64,000 nt of DNA from Wickerhamiella versatilis (Eukaryota): NCBI GenBank assembly GCA_030867685.1, contig JAQOWU010000007.1, positions 682,001-746,000 of the forward strand, read 5' to 3'. Positions 1 through 10,076 of this stretch are shown here, piece after piece. Both the position numbers and the translations under genes were made by a program. The notes beneath the pieces are model-generated. The model did not search any database. It had not been told where the DNA came from and worked only from the letters and a program-made list of their open reading frames with translations. The first letter of the stretch is position 1, and each line of letters starts with the position of its first letter.

Positions 1-403
1 TCTCGGTTTGCAATGAGGGCAATGCAGTAAATATAGTACTGTAATAAGATTCTGTCTCTCCAGGATCGGTTACAGTGTATGTGATCGCGGAGGCATATGT
101 AGAGCTACCTCCTTCAGTAACGGTAGTGTAAGAGGTAGACTTCTGTGCTGTAGAAACAACTGTGGTCGGTCCACCCACGGGAATGGTGCTTGATGCTGTA
201 TCGGATACTTCGCTGTAAGAAGTGGATACGGCGCTGCTTGTTTGCCAGTATGGTGTACTATAGGTATCAAAGGATGGGGTTGGCTCATAGGATGGTGTCT
301 CCAATGAATTCTTATGATGAAACCACCATTTTTCTTGAATTTCAGAGGAGGCAGCTGCATTCACAGGTACATATAATGCGGAAAATAGAGAAATGAGCAA
401 CAT
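1..403 (-). CDS. Secreted Ser/Thr-rich (cell wall/adhesin-like) protein, 5' part; runs off the left edge
   Basis: Not in the ORF track. Manual translation from ATG 403 is open to position 1: MLLISLFSALYVPVNAAASSEIQEKWWFHHKNSLETPSYEPTPSFDTYSTPYWQTSSAVSTSYSEVSDTASSTIPVGGPTTVVSTAQKSTSYTTVTEGGSSTYASAITYTVT... Signal-peptide-like N-terminus followed by an S/T-rich stalk. Confidence 0.75.
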   Translation of the reverse strand, partial: MLLISLFSALYVPVNAAASSEIQEKWWFHHKNSLETPSYEPTPSFDTYSTPYWQTSSAVSTSYSEVSDTASSTIPVGGPTTVVSTAQKSTSYTTVTEGGSSTYASAITYTVTDPGETESYYSTIFTALPSLQTE

Positions 404-866
404 TTCAGTTCGGATCTTATTTCAGTGAAGACCTTCTTATATGACTACCACAGTTGGGTACTACGACTGTTTAAGTGAAGCTTGGAATCTTAAAATGGAA
501 TAAAATACATACCTAAATGCTTGTAAAAAATACGAGATTTTTCAGACGGAAGTGCTAACGAATCAAGATTCATATCATTAAACCAATAAGTTCTTCACTT
601 AACAGTTCCACACAATTCATGCAGTTAAGCGACATTCTTAGCCATAGTTAGCTCTGAAACTTTAAATATTATTGCGTATATGGAGCGAAACCTAGTTAAC
701 ATTTGCAAAATATTATGCCACCTGTTTTAAGAAAGTTTTTCGCACACTGTAATGACGCCTTTAGCTTAGAAGAATCTATTACTTAGGACCTAAAAGCATC
801 CTAAACTTTGGCAACAGCCTCTAAAGCAGACTGCCGGGAGTAGGATATACGATAATCGATGATATT

Positions 867-2495
867 CTAAGGGCGGACTCTCTTTGGGTCGCGTGGGAAC
901 AAAGACGCGCGACGAATGTTCTTCAAGTCCAGGAAAAACATAACCACACGCTCCAGTCCAATACCACCGCCTGCATGTGGCGGGGCACCATATTCAAATG
1001 CTCTGACGTAGTCCTTAATACCATCTTGTTCAGGGTCAATCTCGTGCGCCTTCAAACGCTCTCGAAGAAGATCCGCATCATGGACACGCTGAGCACCACT
1101 TAGGATTTCCTCACCACGCATGAAGAAATCATAAGAATTAGAATACCGAGGATCCTCGGGATCTGGCATGGTGTAGAAAGGCCTGATATTCAAGGGGAAT
1201 TTATCAAGAATGTAGAAGTCCGAATGGTAGGTGTCACGCACAATTTTTCCAAGAGCTTTCTCCTGTTCGGTAGAAAGGTCCTCAAAGTCTGAAATATCAG
1301 GATAACCATTTTCACGCAGCAGCTTCATCGCCTGTGGATAATGAAGGCGAGGGATTTCATCAGGTACCAGGAACTCCTCAACAGGGAACTGCTTGCGTAC
1401 AACAGCTATGTCATCGGCATACCTATTTTTCAGCTCCTTAAAAATGAACACAAACATGTCGCTAAGTAGCTTCACTACTTCGTCGTAATGTTCATTAAAT
1501 GCCATTTCCATATCGAGTCCTACAAATTCTGTCATATGTCGATGTGTGTTGCTGTTTTCTGCACGAAAGATGGGAGCTATCTCAAAGACTTTGTCAAAAT
1601 CTGCAGAAACAAGCATCTGCTTGTAAAACTGTGGAGATTGCGCCAAGAAAGCATTTCCCTTGAAGTAATCTACCTTAAAGACGTTGGCGCCACCTTCGGA
1701 GGAAGCACCAAGCAGCTTGGGTGTATGAATTTCAGTGAAATAGTGTTTCATCAAAAACTCACGGAATAGAGCACACACAGCAGCTTGGATACGGAAAATG
1801 GATTGATTTACAGGCGTTCGAAGGTCAATTGTACGTGAGTCAAGCCTAGTATCGAGGTTGACCACTGGCAGGCCAAGCGCCTCTGCTTCTGCATCAGACC
1901 GGGACGCATCCTCTACCAAAATTGGCATTTGAGAGGGCGTGATGCATTGCGCATGTATTTCACCTATATGAATTTCGACATCCTGCACTGATGCACTTGT
2001 GACAGGTTCTGGAGTTGCAGCCACAGTTCCCTTCACAATCACGATACTTTCGAGTGGTAATGAGCCTGCCCATTTGACCATTTGCTTTGAGACCTTATCA
2101 CCCACAACAAGGAGTCCTTGAACAATAGCTGATTGTTGTCGCAAAGCCAAAAAGCACATCTTATTACCCTGAAGACGAGAAGTATGTATACGAGCGCGGA
2201 AAACAACTTCCTTGCCCGAATCAGCTTTAGACAAGGCACCAATAGATACGTAATTATTTCCCTTCTTGTCGGAGGACTTAGACTGTTGTAGTGGAAGCTT
2301 TCCGTACAGTCCTTCACTTACATCTGGTTCGTTGTCCTTAGCACGCTTTTCTGCTTCAGCCTTAGCATCAGAAGCAGCCTTTCGAGCAGCCTTTTCCTGT
2401 TCTTTGGCCAGCTTCTTCAAAGCGCTTTTGCTAAGAGGCTTACCCTCCGCGTCAAGTTTCAACTCTTCAGTCTTTTTCGTCACTTCTTCACTCAT
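867..2495 (-). CDS. DPS1: Cytosolic aspartyl-tRNA synthetase
   Basis: Lys-rich N-extension (LSKSALKKL), OB fold, class II motifs [32 protein letters not shown]-terminal FPRDPKR. Confidence 0.97.
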   Translation of the reverse strand: MSEEVTKKTEELKLDAEGKPLSKSALKKLAKEQEKAARKAASDAKAEAEKRAKDNEPDVSEGLYGKLPLQQSKSSDKKGNNYVSIGALSKADSGKEVVFRARIHTSRLQGNKMCFLALRQQSAIVQGLLVVGDKVSKQMVKWAGSLPLESIVIVKGTVAATPEPVTSASVQDVEIHIGEIHAQCITPSQMPILVEDASRSDAEAEALGLPVVNLDTRLDSRTIDLRTPVNQSIFRIQAAVCALFREFLMKHYFTEIHTPKLLGASSEGGANVFKVDYFKGNAFLAQSPQFYKQMLVSADFDKVFEIAPIFRAENSNTHRHMTEFVGLDMEMAFNEHYDEVVKLLSDMFVFIFKELKNRYADDIAVVRKQFPVEEFLVPDEIPRLHYPQAMKLLRENGYPDISDFEDLSTEQEKALGKIVRDTYHSDFYILDKFPLNIRPFYTMPDPEDPRYSNSYDFFMRGEEILSGAQRVHDADLLRERLKAHEIDPEQDGIKDYVRAFEYGAPPHAGGGIGLERVVMFFLDLKNIRRASLFPRDPKRVRP

Positions 2496-2927
2496 TTGTA
2501 TGACTCATCGATATTGATACCTAGTCACCTTATTATGATGGGGTGGGACTCGTAGTGGATTATAAGAAGCTCGAATTGAATTCAAAATATTCTGAAGAAG
2601 TTTCATTCTTATTCTTTATATTGGTATGACTGTACGGGTTTCTCCAGAATTGGTGCAAGGACTGTTTAAGACAGTGTCTTCATCGATTCAATTTCGCTTC
2701 AATGCCGAGATGAAAACACCCTGAAGTAAGAACTCACTTGTTATACTTCATCAAATTAGAAAGTGGCTTTAAGTCTTTGATGTAACTTTATGCTTAGCCT
2801 AGTGATCTTCGTAAGATTCTGACTATATTCTAAATGTCATGGGATCTTTTACAAGTCTTGCATGTGGATCAACCTGTTGTATCAGAATATATACCAGCGA
2901 TTTGCATACTTGATATTAACCTAGACT

Positions 2928-4676
2928 TTAGCTAGGGGATAGAACATTTTCTTTCAGAGTCTCTAATCCATTTTCTCTCTCTCTCACTCTTTTAGAGACT
3001 TTGAGATTATCAAACCATGGCTTAAATGCATCTGCGACCAGCGCAAAAGCATATTGAGCATCTTCCCCTAGATCCTCCAGCAATGATAGGTCTACTTCAT
3101 CATTTTCCACAGTCCAATGAACAGGTGGTTTGTTAATTTGTTTCTGTAACAAGGATAAAAACTTGTCGAGCAATTCGAGATTCTGAGCAACTGTTGTTTG
3201 AACATATCCGACAGTATCATCTTCAATGCTATCCACCATTAGTGCACCAACTGATCGCATTGCTATCTCCAGCACATCAGCATTTGGCAAAAGAATATTG
3301 AGCTGCCGCGCAGTTGTCCTTCGAAACGGGTACCCAATAGGCGAGGCAAGAAACAACTTTACGCGATGATTTTTCCAATGAGTGAATGCATGTTCTGCCG
3401 ATGTCACCTTTTTTTGCGCTTCGATTCCTTTACTGTGCATGTCATCTTGTAATTTTTCAACTAAGCGAACGCCAACTGAGGGCTTCTCGATGAAAAAGAC
3501 GTTTTTCCCATGAATCGTGTGAAGTTCTGGGAGCTTATGTGTAGATATACTTCCATCATTAATACGTAGATCCTTCAAATTTGAATTTTCAACTGCCTTT
3601 TTCTTCTTGGGCTTCGTCGACATATCAAGATTGTCGATGGCAGTATTTAACAAGCTTTGATATGACTCATATACAAGTTTCCAGACAATTCTATCGCTAT
3701 CAGCATCATTGAATAACGACTGACGCCTTTTTGGAATCTGTTCAGCTATCAGAAGTAGCTCATGCCAAGCCATCACTTGTGCCAATGACCCATGCTTTGC
3801 TTGAAGCCCTTGTGCAAGCGAACCATTTGGATCTTGCGAGATTTCAGAAATTGTACGGCCATGGTGAATTGGACCGAGAGAAATGTAAGTTTGAAAGAAG
3901 CCATGGGATATTTCCCATAAGAGTGGTAGCAAGGACCATCGCAATGGCGTGGTAAGGAGAGTTAAGAATCTTGGATTCGAAGTTGTATGGGTGAATTCAA
4001 TACCAAAAAAAATGAGGGGCCAACTTATGGATGTAACTATCCACAGAAACAATGCCCTTGTAAGAATCCCTCGTGCTCGTCGCTGAATTCTTGGCAGAGG
4101 ACCAAGCCTAAATTCCTCAGGGATAAACGCAACCACATTCCTATCAAAACCGACATATATCCCAGCCATCACCAGAGACAAATATGCAGTGTAACCAGTT
4201 GGGTAAAGCCACTGCGCATTGAACACTGTAATGTCGTGTTGAACCAACTCCCTAGGAAGACCTGGTGGGATTTCGCGCGGGCCAAACTGTAAGGTTATTG
4301 TCTTTGGTTCCGGTCCCCAAACTGCCTGCTGGTAGAGCAATCCACTAATCAAGTAAAGGGATATCACGAGTACGAGGTGAGGTGAAGAAAGTCTTGCTTT
4401 CCAGTCCTCAAAAAGGCTAGCTCTTGGGATAGCTCGAGCTGTAATAGTATATTTCTGCATAAATAGGATAACAGCAATAGCCAAGAAGATGTGTATGGCT
4501 ACGTATAAGGGTGCCAAGCTCCTTGTTATTATGGATGCAAGAGTCCATGAGAGAAACAGCACTAATTTTAATAGAACTGAAAAACGTGAAAAAAGGACTC
4601 GAGCCAGCAGAACATCATACTGAGCTGTCTTACGCTCAACCGGACGGCGAGACAGAAGACGGATGCCTGTAGCCAT
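2928..4676 (-). CDS. NDC1: Transmembrane nucleoporin Ndc1
   Basis: Several N-terminal TM segments, then Ndc1-like motifs (ISEISQDPNGSL..GL, MAWHELLLIA..RRQSLF, SIEDDTVGYVQ). Confidence 0.75.
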   Translation of the reverse strand: MATGIRLLSRRPVERKTAQYDVLLARVLFSRFSVLLKLVLFLSWTLASIITRSLAPLYVAIHIFLAIAVILFMQKYTITARAIPRASLFEDWKARLSSPHLVLVISLYLISGLLYQQAVWGPEPKTITLQFGPREIPPGLPRELVQHDITVFNAQWLYPTGYTAYLSLVMAGIYVGFDRNVVAFIPEEFRLGPLPRIQRRARGILTRALFLWIVTSISWPLIFFGIEFTHTTSNPRFLTLLTTPLRWSLLPLLWEISHGFFQTYISLGPIHHGRTISEISQDPNGSLAQGLQAKHGSLAQVMAWHELLLIAEQIPKRRQSLFNDADSDRIVWKLVYESYQSLLNTAIDNLDMSTKPKKKKAVENSNLKDLRINDGSISTHKLPELHTIHGKNVFFIEKPSVGVRLVEKLQDDMHSKGIEAQKKVTSAEHAFTHWKNHRVKLFLASPIGYPFRRTTARQLNILLPNADVLEIAMRSVGALMVDSIEDDTVGYVQTTVAQNLELLDKFLSLLQKQINKPPVHWTVENDEVDLSLLEDLGEDAQYAFALVADAFKPWFDNLKVSKRVRERENGLETLKENVLSPS

Positions 4677-4712
4677 TCAGTGCTGACGTAAGGCTAAACA
4701 CACCAGCTGCGC

Positions 4713-7106
4713 ATGGCTGTGAATCGTCCTCTTGCAGCTCAACTCGGGGAGCTTTTAGAGGCTTCTTTCAACCTTCCTAATGCAACATGCGAACTCGGTC
4801 GCGTTGAGCTGGGCCCAGAGGAATTAGAAGCTGTTTCTAAAGCAGCTACGCCGGGGCATGGTGTAGATGCTAAGGCCCACTACTTGCTGGCTGGTTCCGG
4901 TTTTAATGCAGAAAAAGTTCTTTCGAAAATAGGTATGATCCATTTTGCTCATCGGCAAGCTGCTCAGCCTAAATCTGTTGAAGGATTCCTGAGCTCTAAG
5001 AAAGATAAAACTGTCTATTCTAGCGTGGATCAGCTAGTTGCACAGAGCTGTCAGGAATTTGAGAACTATATCCATGACCAAGTTCACACTGATTGGAAAG
5101 CAAGGAAGCAGGAAATATATGCAACACTTGGGCTCGTTCAGAAACAACAGGATATGAAACGGCCTCAAAGAATCGAATGGGGCCGTCGGCTCACAGGACC
5201 CCTTGTATTGGGTGCCGTTGAAAGTGTTCCTATGTCTTTGCAGATGGCACATCGAGCCAGGGATTTTGCAAATGTAATTTCAGAATACAATGACGCTCGC
5301 TTATGCTCTTCCGAATACCATCTCGTGAGTAAGTTAGGAGAGACTGCTAAAAGGTTTGACTGGGGTGCTCCGCAGTTTCAAGACGTGTGGGACTTCTTGC
5401 ATTTACTTGAGTCCACCAAAGATCCGTCTAAAACTGCGTTGCGTTATCTCGAGACACAGTATCGTGCATTTATTGATTCTGAAATAGACTCACATCGCCA
5501 GGATGCAAAGATCGGTGGCATACCATCATTTTTCTACAAGGTAAAGGCTTTTGTAGCTTTGAAACACTGTCCTGGAGGAGTTTGGGACGAAAATCTAACT
5601 CTTATCAACAAAACACCAATCTGGGTTTACCTCTACTACCTTGTTCGCTGTGGTTGCTATAAGGAAGCACTGCAACTAGTTTTGGAGCGCTCCGATATTT
5701 TTGAATTGATTGGATCGAGTTTTGCAGCTTACTTTAAAGCATGGATCCAATCACCAGACCACATCCTGAGCCCACACTTTCAAGAACTGATACACAGTGA
5801 ATACGCACAAGAGTTCAGACCTGGCCAGTCGTTTGATCCTTACAGGCAAGCTCTTTATAAAATCATTGGTCGTTGTGATCTACAGCATCGCTCACTTCCT
5901 GAAGTGGCTACCACTACGGAAGACTGGATATGGCTTCAGTTGGTCTTAATTAGACAGACTCCTGCAGAGTTCCGTAGTGAACGCTATGATCTTGCCGAAC
6001 TCCAACAAGGGATTCTCAGTATTGGCGCTGAATATTTTGATCCTACTGGAACTCAGCCAGCTAAGCTTTTTTCAGTATTGCTCTTAACAGGACAGTTTGA
6101 ATTTGCTTTGAACTATTTAAGAAGCTCTCCTATTCCTGAGCATGAGTTGATAGCAACTCATGTGGCCATAGCTTTGGAGTCTCTTGGTGCGCTGAACATC
6201 GAAATTAATCCCAAAACTTCTGACTACCTTGTTGATACAACAAAATTGAACTACTCAGTGTTTGTAGGCCATTACACCCGTTTTTTCCGTCAATCGAAGC
6301 CTGCGGCAGCTGTTGATTATCTTGTGCTATTGCCAAATCATGTTGCTCGAGAAGCGCTTCAGGAATTGGTATTAGAAACGCGTGCCTTCGGTGAATTACT
6401 AGGAGATGTGGGTGTATATACCGGTGCTATTGAACGGCGTATGGAGCTTATCGGCATAAATGATAGGAAGTCTTTCTGTCGTGACATTGCATTTGCGGCA
6501 GCTGAGAAAGCCGAATCAGATGGGCGTACTCTCGATGCAATCTTGTTGTATCGCCTTGCGGAGGAGTACGATCGTGTCCTTCAGATGATAAATCGCTCGT
6601 TAGGGCAGTCGCTTAGCCAGATTGAGTTGGGTCAACCCTTAGACAGTCTTGATACTCTGCAGCTTGCACGCAACTTGATGCGGCTTCCCGATCAGAAGCC
6701 ATCCGAAAGTCGTAATACCTGTCTTACCCTGCTAGGCGTGGGTGATGCGCTTAGTCTTCTGGCAGCCAGCCAATATGAACGATGCCTGGAACAAATATCC
6801 TCGACCGGATTATTACCTCTTTCTCCAGATGCATCCGTGACACTGGTAAGAGAAATGGCCCAGCAATTCACACGATATGATGACTCTATTGCACGGACTA
6901 TCCCAAATCTCCTATTAGCAGCTATGACTTGCTGTATTCGCATTAGCCATTCGCTCAAGGATTCTGAAAGTCCTATGGCAGCTTCTCTTTATGGTGAGTT
7001 CCAGCACCGTGCTAACAATTGTATGATGTATGCAGGTCTCATACAGTATCGTATGCCTCGTGTTGTTTATTCGCGTCTTACGCAGATGGAAGCACAGCTT
7101 TCCTAA
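4713..7106 (+). CDS. NIC96: Nucleoporin Nic96/Nup93
   Basis: AKAHYLLAGSG, LRYLETQY, PIWVYLYYLVRCG, DPYRQALYKIIGRCD, TEDWIWLQL, C-terminal MMYAGLIQYRMP. Confidence 0.92.
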   Translation: MAVNRPLAAQLGELLEASFNLPNATCELGRVELGPEELEAVSKAATPGHGVDAKAHYLLAGSGFNAEKVLSKIGMIHFAHRQAAQPKSVEGFLSSKKDKTVYSSVDQLVAQSCQEFENYIHDQVHTDWKARKQEIYATLGLVQKQQDMKRPQRIEWGRRLTGPLVLGAVESVPMSLQMAHRARDFANVISEYNDARLCSSEYHLVSKLGETAKRFDWGAPQFQDVWDFLHLLESTKDPSKTALRYLETQYRAFIDSEIDSHRQDAKIGGIPSFFYKVKAFVALKHCPGGVWDENLTLINKTPIWVYLYYLVRCGCYKEALQLVLERSDIFELIGSSFAAYFKAWIQSPDHILSPHFQELIHSEYAQEFRPGQSFDPYRQALYKIIGRCDLQHRSLPEVATTTEDWIWLQLVLIRQTPAEFRSERYDLAELQQGILSIGAEYFDPTGTQPAKLFSVLLLTGQFEFALNYLRSSPIPEHELIATHVAIALESLGALNIEINPKTSDYLVDTTKLNYSVFVGHYTRFFRQSKPAAAVDYLVLLPNHVAREALQELVLETRAFGELLGDVGVYTGAIERRMELIGINDRKSFCRDIAFAAAEKAESDGRTLDAILLYRLAEEYDRVLQMINRSLGQSLSQIELGQPLDSLDTLQLARNLMRLPDQKPSESRNTCLTLLGVGDALSLLAASQYERCLEQISSTGLLPLSPDASVTLVREMAQQFTRYDDSIARTIPNLLLAAMTCCIRISHSLKDSESPMAASLYGEFQHRANNCMMYAGLIQYRMPRVVYSRLTQMEAQLS

Positions 7107-7776
7107 AACATAAAAGAATACTTAAGATAATAGGGCCGAAGTAAAGTAGTATAGTGGTGTTTTTAATGTGACCTTGGTCACTGTGGGATGTGAATAGCTG
7201 TATACGAACATCAAAGAATGAAAATCCACGCATATGTAGGAGTTGGAACGACACATGGTAGTATTGAATTGATTGATCAAGCATCACCGTATCTGACATT
7301 CGTCGACGAAAAGACTTTCAAGTATCATAGTGAAATTAAGGGGTGGACTGTCCATGATGTGTGCTCCGGGAAGAGTTGAACACGCCCAAAAATTGGTTGA
7401 CGATCATCAAATTACCCGATGTCCATTCTTTTCTTGTCGATCTTCCCCGAGGATTGCTCGACCTAATAAACCAAATAGAGTTAGATTTGTGTGGTATCTG
7501 TCCCTTGTCGAAGTTTATCTATAATTTTAAGTGAAAGCAGTGCTAACTCTTTCATCCGCCTTTCACTGTGTATAACTAGTCGGTAAAACTGCTAGAGGTG
7601 ATGAAATTAAGGGGTTTATTGTGATATGGTTCTCCAAAAGTAGTACTCTCAGATATCATGTCATTATATTTCAGTCAAGCGAAACGGATTCCAGTTTGGA
7701 CATATAATGCTCTCTCGGTTAATTGTGATTCTGGGGGAGACTTAATGGGTTAGGGCGCGAGTAGCACATCTTGAGT

Positions 7777-8628
7777 ATGAGCAATCCAACTGGAAGTACG
7801 TTGCCTACTGGGGGGAAACCACCAGCATATTATTCGGTGGCAGAACAGCGTAGTATCCAGCTTGCCAAAGAATTTTATTCTGCAGATAAGCAACTGGATG
7901 CTGGGGAGCGAAAGCAACTTTCGCAACTATTCCATAATAAGGCTAGATACTGGCCCTTTCTATCATTGCCTGTATGCTATGGCTTCATTACAGCACCTAA
8001 TTGGCTGCAACGTGTGAAATTGGTGAAGCCTCGTCCTTCATGGCGTTACTGGCAGGTTGCTCTTGGGTTCGCCGGAATATTTGTAGGTCTTGGCTTTGCT
8101 AGCAGTGTTGCCACCTCGGTCCAGTCCAAAACATTGGGTGACAAGCCGAATATGCTAAATGCGTATCGGATACTTGCACCCTATCCCGCTCAATTAGGGG
8201 CTCGTTATTATCAACTTACATCTCAAAGACCAGACCTTGCGATGCAGGACCCAGAAAAAATCGACTGGTCTAAGGAAATTCTATTTCCAATGATTTTGAT
8301 TTTTAGCAGAAATAATATACATGCTGCTAAGGAGCAGGCTGAGAAGTTAGAACAACGACGATCAGGAATGAACCCCAAATCTTCTTCTGAGCCTACCCAT
8401 TCATCTTGGGATAAGGTTATAGAGCAGGGATCGGCACCTAAGTCACCCTCGCCAGTTCAAACTGAAGATCAATTGCAGTTCGACAAATTTGTTGAGAACA
8501 CAAAGCCAGATACTTATGAACGGGAACTTACCAATGACCAGAAAGCTTTTGATCAGCTTGTAGAGCGTGAACGTGAGGGAGAAAATGTTCAGGATGACTT
8601 CTCGGAGAGTGAGAAGCGGTGGTCTTAA
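7777..8628 (+). CDS. Uncharacterised two-TM fungal protein, resembles DUF1689 / YIL077C-like
   Basis: First ATG at 7777 (track starts at TTG 7771). Two hydrophobic segments, SSWDKV motif and C-terminal QKAFDQLVERER; family assignment tentative. Confidence 0.55.
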   Translation: MSNPTGSTLPTGGKPPAYYSVAEQRSIQLAKEFYSADKQLDAGERKQLSQLFHNKARYWPFLSLPVCYGFITAPNWLQRVKLVKPRPSWRYWQVALGFAGIFVGLGFASSVATSVQSKTLGDKPNMLNAYRILAPYPAQLGARYYQLTSQRPDLAMQDPEKIDWSKEILFPMILIFSRNNIHAAKEQAEKLEQRRSGMNPKSSSEPTHSSWDKVIEQGSAPKSPSPVQTEDQLQFDKFVENTKPDTYERELTNDQKAFDQLVEREREGENVQDDFSESEKRWS

Positions 8629-8816
8629 ATGGGCCTGTGATATATAGTTTTGCATACCTCATGTATATAAAACTGGAAAAAAATAACAATTCTAAAAATA
8701 AGAATTTAAAGCAGGAAAAAGGCGTATGTATACAGAAAAGTACAACTATTCACCGCTTCTTAGTGCATGTAACCCGAACAACAGGGTATCGCGTATCTGA
8801 TTTAGTCATCGTCAAC

Positions 8817-9803
8817 ATGTCCAGTGGCCTACAGCGGCGACGGGGTCAGGCTGGCCACAACCCGCCGAGCGCTGGGTCGGCAACCACAGCCGAGGAAACC
8901 CCACATGTTATTGGATACGATCCCAAGGATGTAGCACAGAGCGCAGAGGGTGATTCGCGACCACCGCTTACCCTTATGGAGGAGCTCCTCCTGATAGGGC
9001 TTGATGATGACGAGGGTGTGTTGTCAATGTGGAATGACAGTATCTCATATGTTCTTCGAGGTTGTATCCTTATTGAACTTGCATTGCGAGGAAATATCAA
9101 AATGACTGCTGATTCTGCTCGAAAACGCGTCGCTTTGCCAGACAGGCTTATTGAGTTGGTGAGCGATCGGCAAACAGGCGAGGCTCTTTTGGACGAAACT
9201 ATTAAACTGATGAGAGACTGTGAGCCAATGAGTGTGACGGGGTGGGTAGATTGCCTTAGTGGGGAGACCTGGAACTTCACTAAAATTGGCTATCAACTTA
9301 AGCAAGTGAGAGAACGACTGGCAAAGGGGCTCGTTGACAAAGGAATATGCCGTACTGAAAAGCGCAACTACTTCTTATTTGATATGGCAACTCACCCTAT
9401 GGCCGATTTTTCTGCCAAGGATGGAATCAGGCGTCGCATCGTTACTCTGCTAACTCAGACAACTACTAATGCTGTTACTGAAAACAACACCTCCAAGTGG
9501 TTCCCCGCAAAAATGCCTTTCCGCATGTTGAGAACCCTTGCTGTGGCATTGTCCGCATATGTTGCCAACGTAATAGAGAATTTATTTAGCACGATGTCTT
9601 ATGATACCCGTGATGCAGCCCTACTGCGTGTCGATGAGATGCTTTCAGACTATGCCGAGTACCCCTTTTTGAACAGGAAGACTGGCTGGGCATCTGCCAC
9701 TCACCAGCAAATAATGGATGAATGCAGTGGCTTGGATAATCGGACGGTAGAAGTAGTAGCAGCCGTGTTTTCTGTGTATACACAGTTAGATGCCGTGCTC
9801 TAG
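8817..9803 (+). CDS. VPS74: Golgi phosphoprotein 3 / Vps74 (GPP34)
   Basis: Starts MSSGLQRRR at ATG 8817; LTLMEELLLIGL, WNDSISYVLRGCILIELALRG, LSGETWN, FLFDMATHP. Confidence 0.95.
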   Translation: MSSGLQRRRGQAGHNPPSAGSATTAEETPHVIGYDPKDVAQSAEGDSRPPLTLMEELLLIGLDDDEGVLSMWNDSISYVLRGCILIELALRGNIKMTADSARKRVALPDRLIELVSDRQTGEALLDETIKLMRDCEPMSVTGWVDCLSGETWNFTKIGYQLKQVRERLAKGLVDKGICRTEKRNYFLFDMATHPMADFSAKDGIRRRIVTLLTQTTTNAVTENNTSKWFPAKMPFRMLRTLAVALSAYVANVIENLFSTMSYDTRDAALLRVDEMLSDYAEYPFLNRKTGWASATHQQIMDECSGLDNRTVEVVAAVFSVYTQLDAVL

Positions 9804-10076
9804 GTGCCTTAATTGGCTCTCTCTCCCCCCGGCAGAGATTTCAAAAACATTCGGTAAATCTAAAAGCACTGGTTACTTGGAATGGTATAAATGGGTAAGG
9901 TGCTGAATTCATAGTTAACCAGCAGATATGAAGATAGTAAAGGGGTGCCTAAATGGTAAGCAACACTATTCTACAGATTTTTTTAAGTCCTTTTTGTCAC
10001 ACTTAGAGCCACACAGGGGATATGAAAAAGGCATTTTAAGTGTTAATTGTTTCCTACTTAGCTACTTAGCTATTAG

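Noticed and set aside
70-396. Track ORFs 70..360 (-) and 190..396 (+)
   Set aside because: Overlap the more plausible S/T-rich frame starting at 403 on the minus strand
7078-7524. Small ORFs in the NIC96 downstream spacer
   Set aside because: Short, no homology recognised, no consistent exon structure
8619-8816. N-terminal extensions from GTG/TTG starts in the ORF track (VPS74; also MTG2 23694, TRM7 51029, HRR25 59901)
   Set aside because: Artefacts of bacterial-style start calling; homology or the first ATG begins downstream, and the extensions cross terminator-like or neighbouring sequence
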